Under the pieces are notes generated by a model. The model made no database searches. It was not told where the DNA came from and saw only the letters and a program-made list of their open reading frames with translations. A DNA stretch of 61,791 nucleotides, the filler included, from Bipalium vagum (taxonomy: Eukaryota), in NCBI GenBank assembly GCA_037834085.1. It is 3 parts of 3 records of this genome, joined end to end, with 100 filler letters (N's around TTAATTAATTAA, not from the genome) between each part and the next. Parts side by side here need not be neighbours in the genome. Positions count along the whole stretch, not along the records: positions 44,849 to 61,791 come from JBBMKC010085079.1; 2 more parts are not named here. One strand, given 5' to 3'. Made by a program: the position numbers and the translations under genes. Below, piece after piece: positions 51,900 to 61,791 of the stretch; the first letter of the stretch is position 1, and the number at the start of each line of letters is the position of its first letter.

Positions 51900-52400
51900 C
51901 TTAGCTCTTAGTCGATCAGGCCAACCACCATTAAACCTTTTTCTTTCTTTTATTCACTTCTCTATGTAATCAAATTCTCAACAATTCGAGGGGTGGTGGG
52001 TTAGGGTTAGGCGAGTATGATGGCAGAAATATGTAAGCAATACCTCTTTCTGTCATTACCTTAATAACATCTTTGCGTTGATGGAACCTGGAATTGTCTA
52101 TCACCAATATATCCCCAGGATTTCGATCGAAATGATTGCATAGCTTGTCACTAATAAAGTCCATTGAAAGATCCGTCTTTGATTTCTTAGCATAAAATGC
52201 CTGTAAATTTGATTTAATGAAAAACAGATGACAAAACAATGAAACCTGACATTTTAATATCAACCGTGCAGCTGATATTTTTATCTGACTAAAATCTGAT
52301 CAAATTTAAATAGAAAAAATCGAATTTTTTTTCTATATATTTTGAATAGATTGTTATATATATTTGCATAGAATTATATATATTTTGAATATTTTTCTAT
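51900..52400 (-). mobile_element. IS630/Tc1-like (DDE_3) transposase fragment, copy 2
   Basis: ILVIDNSRFHQRKD...FLPSYSP; homologous to 31740-32230. Confidence 0.82.
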
Positions 52401-53649
52401 ATATTTCTGCATAAACCTGTAATAGATAAACAAAAATACATTATTTATTATATGTTTATATTTGTACAATAGAAATGAGTCTTGGTTTTGAATAATAATC
52501 CAGAACGTTTTTCACTATTTGTATGATAAGTAAACCAAAAAATATTTTTACATAATACTTCATTCCAGCTTCTAACTCTTTGGTCATTGGGGCAGTTAAT
52601 TTTCAAGGTTAAATTTACCTGAGCAAAAAACCAAAAAAAGCCACATGCTGATCGTTAATTAATCTCACGCCTTGATCACATTTCGACCCGTTTGTGAGCC
52701 AGTAATTCCCCAGCGGAAGCATTTTTACAGGATAACCTATTTTTCATTTTTCTAAAAATTTCCGTTATAACTATGATAATGAAATTAATAATAACAATAT
52801 TTTTCACTTCTCACATTTTATTTTATCCTTTGAAGACATGAATAATCTTAATTTATATTGATTTCTTTTTATAATTAATTAATACTTAAATTTAAAAATC
52901 TGTATAATATAGTTTATAAAAAATTTTAGAAAATTAGATTAATCAATATATTAATAAATAATTTTACTCAATATTATCGAATAGTCAATAATGATTTTTG
53001 GTGTAAAAATTTTCTAAGATATTTACAATTTGAAATATCTTTTCTAAAAAAATAATTGTAAAAGTTTATTGAGTTTTTAATTTCACAAGTATTTATGGGA
53101 CATACTTTATATCGAACAATAAACGTATTCATTACCATTTCTCGGCAAATTATTTGTTTTAGGATTTATTAGAAATTAATAGCAAAAGTAAGGTAATAAA
53201 AGATGAATAAAATTTTTCAGTCCACAACTTTCTGTAAAAGAATTGAAATTATTCGAATTCAGTGAAATGTGGAGTTGAATGGTATTTGTTGATATATACC
53301 AGGGGTGTCCCACGTTTTTGCCATACGTATTGGATTGTAAATAAAATAATTTTTAGCTATAAAAAGTGACTGAAAATTATTTTTACAGTACCTCTAATAT
53401 TACTTTTAATTACAGATACAAAAATACTAAACAAGCATGGCAAAATGATATAAAATCTAATATTTTTTTCATGCTCGTTTTGATGTGAATAATTGAATTG
53501 TGTTTTTCTCTACATTCAAATTGCTTTAAAATATGAAAGATGTTGCATTATAAATTTGTAAATATCTACGAGGTTTATTTGTCTCTACCTATCTTTGATG
53601 TGTTCTTTAGTTTGAAGATCAAAAATTTTTATTTGATAACAAATCAGAA

Positions 53650-54480
53650 CGTTTGAAATATTTCACTCAAATGAATTTCCTTTGAGTAACTGTCAGTGAA
53701 AATGAGGAATAACTTCTTAACCTAATTGTGAGATTTTCTCCTGTTGAAGTTTTGTCACATGCGATCTGGCATTGTCAAGCAGTAAGATAGTCTTATGCTG
53801 TCTTTGGTATGAAAACTGTGTTTTTTCTTTATTCTTAAAGCCAATTAATATTTAATATCAAAGGTTTTCTGTAAACTTTTATTTAATTAATGAATTCCCC
53901 AATTTAGAGAAGATCATATAAAATTAAACCTCTCATATTCCACCATATATAAAGGAGCATTTTTTGATGTAAATATTTACTTTTGCGGTTGAAATTTCTG
54001 CCATACCAGGGTCTACCCACGAATAAATACGTTTTGAGTTATCGAAACCAATCCAGTTTTCATCTCCAGTGACGATCTGCAAAAAAAATTTATCTTTGCT
54101 TAGAAAAAACTTGTGCATGTTGTCAAGCAATATGAAATATTGATTTCTGAGAGATCATGTGGTACCCACTTTCCAAGATTCTGAATTTTTCGTAACATAG
54201 ATTAACTGCCTGGTAGCAGTTGCTTGGTCGACTCCAAGCTGTTTTGCAAGTTTTTCTTGTGTTTTGGCAATATTATCACAGAGTAGTTCTTCCAATCTCT
54301 CAGGGTGTAATACTCGTGAAGCACCAGTTAGTGGTAGATTGTTTACAACACAATTTCCGAATTAAATCGGCGATACTATTATTAAAATGTACTATGCAAA
54401 ATAATCTTCTTTTCGAGAACAGAGCATATGGATTGAGATGATACAAAAGTACATTTTCTTGCTGAAATTCATAGCTGATA
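53650..54480 (-). mobile_element. mariner transposase pseudogene
   Basis: GKWVPHDLSE, IVTGDENWIGFDN, LLDNARSH. Confidence 0.85.
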
Positions 54481-54882
54481 CAATGTCAATAGTATATATT
54501 TTCTGAAATCATCTCAAATCCAAATATTTTGATATTCTCTTACAATATAAATTATAATACAATATATAATACAACATAAATTTGTTGATTTATTTAAACA
54601 ATGATTCAAAAGTTAGTTGACACTCAAATTTTAAGTTTTCATAAGTAAATTTAGCTGTTACTAGATAATTATGTTAAATTTTTGTTGTTAAAAATCTTCC
54701 TGCATATGAAAAAAATAAACTCTAAAAAATATTTTAAATTTTTAAAATTTTAAATAATAAAAAAAAATAAACCATTAAAAACAAGCGCTCAAAAATTAGT
54801 TGTTATTTTATTTATAATCAATTTATGGTAAGATCATAAACTATTTTCTTAAAATAATGTCTAAAACTATGTAGTTTCAATC

Positions 54883-55760
54883 ATGGTGAGAGCAAAAATT
54901 TATAGTAATGATATTAAGGAACGAGTTGTTATAACAGTAAAAACAGGAAGAACACAAGCAAGTGTTTCGTGTGATTTTGGGCTTAAGCGACAGGTAATCA
55001 GCAATTGGGACAACAAATTTAACAGAAATGGAAATATTGTTAATGCACTAATATCTGGAAGACCAAGGAAAACAACTGCTCATCAAAATCGCATCATTAT
55101 TCGTTCCTCAAAAGCAGATCCACTAAAATCTGTTGTTGATATAGTCACAGAAATTAATCAAAGTCATTCCAATGCATCAAATAAAATCATTGCTTCTACT
55201 GTAAAAAGACGTCTAAAATCTGCTGGACTATTTGCAAGACGACTCAGCTAGAAACCTTTTATATAGAATTAAAATCGATTGGCGAATCGAATCATGAAGA
55301 ATGGACAATTCAAGATTGGTCTAAGGTGCTCTGGAGTGACGAAAACGAATTTAATTTGCTATCTATTGATGGTATTCTATATGTTCGTCGATCTGTTAAC
55401 CAAAGATTTAATGTAAGATATTATGTTCCTACTATTAAACACGGTGGAGGAAATTTCATGGTGTGGGGTTGTTTTCCCAGAGATGGAGTCGGACTCTTAT
55501 TCAAATAAACGGCATCATGAACATGCAAATATATGATACCATAATTAAGGATACAATGATTCCATTTGCAAATGAAACCATAAAAGAAGGCTGGATTTTC
55601 AGCAGTTTAACGACCCCAAACACATATTCAACGTTATTAAACAAACGCTAGAACGCAACAGAATCCGTGTTTTGAAGTGGCCTAGTCAGAGTCCGGACCT
55701 TAATCCGATTGAGCATTTATGGGAGGAGCTTCATCGTATTGTTTTGGTATTAAAAGTACT
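54883..55760 (+). mobile_element. Tc1 (DD34E) transposase pseudogene
   Basis: [54 protein letters not shown]; frameshifts and stops. Confidence 0.95.
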
Positions 55761-56599
55761 ATATATGACTTAAATGGCTCCATTTTTGTTATTATTTAAC
55801 ATTATATTGTTGAAATTAAAATTCCCAGATTTATTCACAATCTGGCGTAAAATAACGACCAGCTCAAATGAAATATTTTTTAGAAAAAAAAGATATTTTA
55901 TTAGTCTCTTTTTCATTTCTGAAATAAAATATGATAATCGGTTCCGTAAATAAAAATCTATAAATAATTTTTTGAAAATAATTATATTTGATAAATTAGT
56001 GGAAAAAAACGATTTTTATTATCAATCATATTTAATTACGACGAACGATAATAAATATTAATTTAAAATTGTCCATGTTATTGGGTTCATAATTATACTA
56101 TTTTTTTATTAAAAGACAGACTAAAAAAAGTTCAGTTTCATAACAGTAATTATAAATAGAAAATAAAAATTAACTCAATATTGATTTTTCCATTTAAATT
56201 TTTCTAAAGAATTAATTTTAAATGAAAATGAGTTTTATTTTATTAGAAAGAAAAATGAAAGGTTGAGAAAAATTGAAAATATTTTTTAAAAATTAATTTT
56301 AAAAATAAAAGTCTAAGCCACTTTTTCTTATGTTAAGATTTTATCATATTGGGTAAAAATAATCTTCAATCTTTGTTTATTTGTTCGAATTCTGTCGATG
56401 CTAACTTTGTGACCCATATAGATTTATTCATGTTGATGAAACTTAATTTTGTTAGATTCAACTGAAAACCTGCTTTAGCTATTTTTCCAATTACTTCTAC
56501 TAAAATCTCATCAAGACTCTTCTCCATAGAACTGCATACAAAATGCCATCAAGATATACCAAAACACCATTGAATATTAAGATATCAAACAATTCGTGT

Positions 56600-57520
56600 A
56601 ACGGGTACGTAGAACAAAAAATTTGAGAAAAATGTACCCTTATTTTAAAACATTTTCGGATATGTTTTAATATCTCGGTTTTTGTTTAAATAAATCAATA
56701 TTGTCTATATTTTATTAATATATGTGTTGCTGTTTTGCTCATTATTTGAAATGACATCAAAATTAGAATTAAGAAAGGGTATATATTAATTGGTTGGAAG
56801 TGTTCTAAAACGCGACATTGTTGAAATATATAAGAACCAAAATATTTCATCGCCAATATATATCGCGCAATTCTTGCTTCGGGCCCATCAAAGCGGAGAA
56901 ATCTGGCACAAATTGCCAAAAAGAGAATTGGCTTGACTATGCGAATATTAGCCAAGAAATGTAGGGTGTCACATATTATACGAGTAATGAAGAAAAAATG
57001 GCCTAAAATACCGAAAGCGTCAAAAACACACTAAATATACTGAAGCCCAAATTGAAGAAGTTTGATTAAAGCAAAAATATCCATTTGAAAAAAAAGCCAT
57101 TATGAACCTCTGTTCCACTGACAATGGAACTTGATAGTATACTTTTCTCAAGTTCATGGACAAAAACTATTTAGAAGGAGCCAGCCAGTTCAACAACATT
57201 TGTATGTCGGGCATCGAAAAGTGAATTTCATCATGATGGCATTCATTCACCTGAAATTTAGGTATATCTGAATTGAGATACCTTTCTATCAGACTACAAC
57301 AATTGGAAAATTCCAAGGCTTTACATCTTGAAATCATTCCTGCTATAATAAGCTCCGATACAATTTCAACAAATTTTTTCTTTAAAATGCATCGATTGTC
57401 TTCTTGGTTGTTGCAACATCCCTATGTCTGTCATTATGAAATCACGGTAAAAGTACTATGTGTGTCCAATATCAAAAATTGTCATGAATATGCTACCAAA
57501 ATGACGCAATATATTACACA
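56600..57520 (-). mobile_element. maT/rosa-like transposase remnant
   Basis: HDEIHF (SDEAHF-like), CQISPL/PDFSA (SPDL-like); heavily decayed. Confidence 0.5.
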
Positions 57521-59093
57521 AATGCAAACTACGATCATTTTAAAATTTTATTATGTATTTTATTAGTTTTTCATCTGAAATTTTTTTTCCGAATCACTTG
57601 CCAAATGCTTTGTATTCGTTTCCAGCTAATTCTTGTTTAAAAACTTCCCAACGACCTTTCACCTCCTATCGAGAAATAACTGCTCAGTATCAGCTAACTC
57701 GAAGACAGCAGCCACTTCCATAGGAAAGCATAAAAACAAATATCTAACTTAAATCATTTATGCTAAGTTACTGGACGATTTCTTGTATCCATCACTCCAC
57801 TTTTGACGACATCTGTTCAAAAACTTACGGACCTAAAAATTGAGCTTTTTTTTAGTAAAGCAATCAGAAGCTTCTTTCTTGTCTTCTCGTAACGACACTA
57901 ATATTTTTGGTGTAGTCGCCAGTTGTATCTTCTTTCATATTTCATTAATAAAACGATTTCCAGTTCGAAAAGTATTTATATAAGCAAAGGTTTTATTTAA
58001 TCTCTAACTTATACTCTTAAATCTTAAATAATAACTGTCTCTTTAATAAAGAGAGGTGATTTTTAATAATAAAGCCTCATAATCTTTGAGTAATAATTCT
58101 GAATATTCAGATAATCATAAAAAAGCATTATTAAAGGGAAATTTCATAACAATAAGTTTGATAACCATAGAAAACGAAATTTCATAAATACAATATTCAT
58201 ACTCCCTTTCTGAAAAATGTGATTCGGAGTTGACATTTTGAATTCTATCAGTTAAATCGATAGGAAAGATTACTTTTCAAGAAAACTTGTCTCTAAGATT
58301 GAATTATTGTTAATAAGAAGTGCTAGATAACGGTTCAAACAAAATATTAAAATTTCTGCTGAGTTAATAAAGTCCCCGTAGTCTGTTTTTAACGCCGGTA
58401 AAATGGAGGCCCATGGGGCATTATTTCAGGTTTTAGAGTAATTAATTTATTCATAAATTGTTATTTTATAATTTTATTTATTATAAGTTAGTGAGAATGA
58501 TATCCTAGAAAAACTATATATGAATTTAATAGTAATAAAACAAATTTGATTCATTGTTACGATAAGGAAACGTTAAATAGGTCGAGAGAAAAATTTGTGA
58601 GTGATGACCATAACTCAAAAAGGTGAAGGTTAAGATTATTTACTGTTCCAATAATTAAGAATTAGATATAAATGAAGATATGATTGTTCCTGGTCATAAG
58701 TATTCATTAAACTGCAACCGACTTTCTTAGTATTTCTTAATTGGTTTTTTATTGTTCTAAATTATAATTGAATAAATTTATTTAGTTAATGAAGATGTAA
58801 AGAATTTTGTTGTGTTACAGTTGAAAATCTTACATTTAGTAGCTTAATTATCATTTATTTTTGAATATATTTTTAATTAATTAATTAATTAATTTTTTAT
58901 TTAATTTTTCATTTGTGAAAATTTAATGTTAATTTATTTTGTTCTTTAATTATTTTTACTCAGTCATGTCTGATAATAAGGCAGTCTGATTAGGCATTCG
59001 GGAATTTAATTATGAAATATTTTGACTAAAAATTCATATCACAGTTAAAATTAATATTTTTATTAAGCATTTTTTGAAAGTTTCTGGAATTTA

Positions 59094-59305
59094 NNNNNNN
59101 NNNNNNNNNNNNNNNNNNNNNNNNNNNNNNNNNNNNNNNNNNNNNNNNNNNNNNNNNNNNNNNNNNNNNNNNNNNNNNNNNNNNNNNNNNNNNNNNNNNN
59201 NNNNNNNNNNNNNNNNNNNNNNNNNNNNNNNNNNNNNNNNNNNNNNNNNNNNNNNNNNNNNNNNNNNNNNNNNNNNNNNNNNNNNNNNNNNNNNNNNNNN
59301 NNNNN
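59094..59305. other. Sized assembly gap (212 N)
   Basis: N run without linker. Confidence 0.97.
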
Positions 59306-59589
59306 TTAAAATTAAATGAATAATTCATTTATTTTCTTTTGGTATGATGATGTATCAATGTATTCAAAATATCAATAATTTTTTCTTCAATTTTATACAC
59401 TAAAATTATAAACTAAAAGAGGTAATCTGATTGTGCAATGGAGTTGTCAGATTTTGATTGATTTTGATCAGGCTTGAGGTTATCAGATTTAATGAACGAT
59501 ATATGGATTACGTTAGCAGGTAATCAATAATAAAATGTATCCATTATTTTAAGATGTATTAGCAGTTTTCAATAATCGTAAATTGTTTA

Positions 59590-60240
59590 AATGACTAAGG
59601 AAAAAAGAGTTTGTTAAATAACAAATTGTGTGGAATGGAAATTCACAATGTCATTTAAAGTGATATCGGATGGTTATGTTTGGAGATGCGATAATGATGT
59701 AGAAAATTTAAATTAAGTCCAACTGTAAGAGCATGTTCTTGAATTCACCATAAAAATTATTATTTTAATTTTATTTATTTAAGCTATATTTTATTTTTTG
59801 GCATGTGGAACATTGTTAACTGAAATTAAATAAGAATGCAAAATATCGGTCCCAGTCTACATGAGACTCGGGAAATTTTTAATTTCACAGATCAAAGAAT
59901 ATTGTATAACCAATCCCATAGGATTATATGATCTGGTCAAATGGTGCAGTTCATTGAGAAAATGTTACATCACAATGTTAAAGCCCACAGATGTAGAACC
60001 TGGCTTTCAACCATTGTTGAAACTTCTTTTAAAACAGCAATAAATTACGCCGTCACAATTTTTCCAATTATTGAAAAAAAGTGAAGTTTGGATTAACAAT
60101 TTATACAGATGAAGCCCGTTTTTACAGCGTCTTAGGTAAGAACGATTCTGAATGCAAGCATAATATGGTTGTGCATAAATACAACATTGTTTATCCAGAA
60201 ATAGGAGTCCATTTACAAAATGTAGAAAAAATGAAAAATT
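59590..60240 (+). mobile_element. Merlin (IS1016/IS1595-like) transposase remnant
   Basis: DGYVWRC; TIFPII; TIYTDEARFYSVL...HNMVVHKYNIVYPEIGVHLQNVE, matching I.SD.W.AY..L....H..VNH...FVDP..G.HTQ.IE. Confidence 0.75.
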
Positions 60241-60672
60241 GTAGAAAATGAAATTTAATAAATCTTTGGTTCAGTATTCTTTGTTAATCTATTTAACTCG
60301 TTGTATAAGAGCGTTGTTAGACTGGACTGGTTGTATCATGGGGTTTTCAGATATAATTGATAAGCTTTTAGGTTGCCAGGTTTAATTAGTCCAAGATTTT
60401 AGTAAAATAGTGTTTGGGTAAATGTTTAAAAAACAATTTTCCAATTCAAAATGTACAAGGTGGTAAAATTTAACTTGATAACTCAAATATAATAAAAAAA
60501 TATTATTAATATAATAATAAATTATTTAAAAAATGATTTAATAGAATATTAATGGAAAGTTTTACATTTTCAATTAAGATCCCAAACACATGTATCATAC
60601 AATAGCTTGATCAGTATAAATAATAAATAACAAGATATTTTCATGATATTTGTCTACATGTTAATTTCTTAT

Positions 60673-61426
60673 CTACAGACTGGTTTCAATGAGGTTGAAT
60701 TTGATTCTTTTCAACTTATCTGAGATCGAAAGGCTCGTTTTTGTCCGTTCATAAATGGGGATTTTCCGACAAACGACAACGTTTTTGAATCCTTCTCGAT
60801 ACGTCTGAGAATATAAGCAATAAATCCACGGATTAATACAAGTGTTCGTTGCGGAGATTAGTTGAAATATGGGAATCAAATAATCGGTAATGAGATCGGC
60901 AAAAGATTGTGTCCAGAAATCTTTATTGGAATAGAAATAATAAATGAAAATCAAATAGAGAGGTAACCACGAAATGGCAAATGTCAGAACAACCATGAAC
61001 AGCATTTTAACTATTCGGATAGATTTTGATCGACTTATGCCCCCCGTTGATTTTATCAAAGGAACTTGTTTCAGCTTTCTGCTATTCGACGTCATATTTG
61101 CTCGCTTATAAATTCGGAAAGCAATACCAAAATAGAAGCACGATATTAAAATCAACGGTGCAATATAACATGTTATGAAGATGACATAAATGAAGTAGTT
61201 CTTTCCCTCTTTGTCCGTTCCCGGCCATTCTTGAATGCAGATTGTTTGGGTTTGATTGATCACTGCAAATGATGTCGAATTGATTAGGTCGATTAACACA
61301 TGGGTTTTATAAAATAAAGCCCATGGTAGCAGTAATAACGCGGAAGAAATCCAAATCAGGGATATGATGGAAATGGCTTTAGATATATTAAGAATTCGAT
61401 GCAAAGGGTGGCAAATTGCAATATAT
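60673..61426 (-). CDS. SIFamide/NPFF-receptor-like GPCR, 3' exon (TM3 end to C-terminus); 5' exon(s) not found in the window
   Basis: Acceptor TTTAG at 61427, then (DR)|YIAICHPL; LPWALFY, CIQEWP, CYIAPL, IVKMLFMVVLTFAISWLPLY, NTCINPWIYCLYSQTYREGFK. Confidence 0.88.
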
Positions 61427-61719
61427 CTAAATATTGGAAAGTTTTTTGTAGAGTGATGACCAAAAGCTTTAAACATCAATTAATTTCAACTAAAAAATGT
61501 TGTAAAATAATCTACAAAATATATTGTTATGAAAATCATCAAAACAGATTTATTTATTTTCACCATTAGAAATTTATTTCTATATTTAAGGTATTTTTGT
61601 TACAATATAATTATTTAATTTTAAAAATATTTAAAAATGATTATGATGTTTTCTCTGATTTTAATAAAAAATAAAAGAAAACTCTAATAGTAAAAGAAAT
61701 TTTGATAATAATTTTAAAT

Positions 61720-61721
<2 letters not shown>

Positions 61722-61791
<70 letters not shown>
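61722..61791. repeat. (TAA)n microsatellite
   Basis: Pure triplet run at the window end. Confidence 0.97.

Noticed and set aside
59026-59328. ORFs of 81-100 aa spanning the N gap
   Set aside because: Artefacts of translating Ns
61427-61479. N-terminal MMFKAFGHHSTKNFPIF of the 268-aa GPCR ORF
   Set aside because: Intron read-through upstream of the TTTAG acceptor; TM1-TM3 must be on an exon not found in the window

Overview
Very AT-rich eukaryotic genomic DNA from a bilaterian animal, probably a protostome judging by its neuropeptide receptors. It has GT-AG introns that are mostly tiny (about 29-55 bp) plus a few large introns filled with transposon debris. Three assembly gaps are present, two containing an artificial TTAATTAATTAA linker. 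From left to right: (1) the decayed end of a Polinton/Maverick (adintovirus-like) element with parvovirus-type PLA2 and adenain-like protease pseudogenes and a hairpin-bearing ACTACT terminus; (2) a minus-strand multi-exon gene of at least 582 aa (helical ARM/HEAT-like region, coiled coil, C-terminal Death domain), preceded by a lesioned, apparently paralogous gene whose N-terminus resembles VEPH1/Melted; (3) a C2H2/C2HC zinc-finger gene; (4) two rhodopsin-class neuropeptide GPCR genes (bombesin/CCHamide-like, complete; SIFamide/NPFF-like, 3' exon only). Around these lie many decayed TEs (mariner, Tc1, maT/rosa-like, IS630-like, pogo/Tigger, hAT, piggyBac, Merlin, Gypsy fragments) and a multicopy LTR-like repeat. 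All gene models were spliced by hand, and family assignments come from motif recognition, not database searches.
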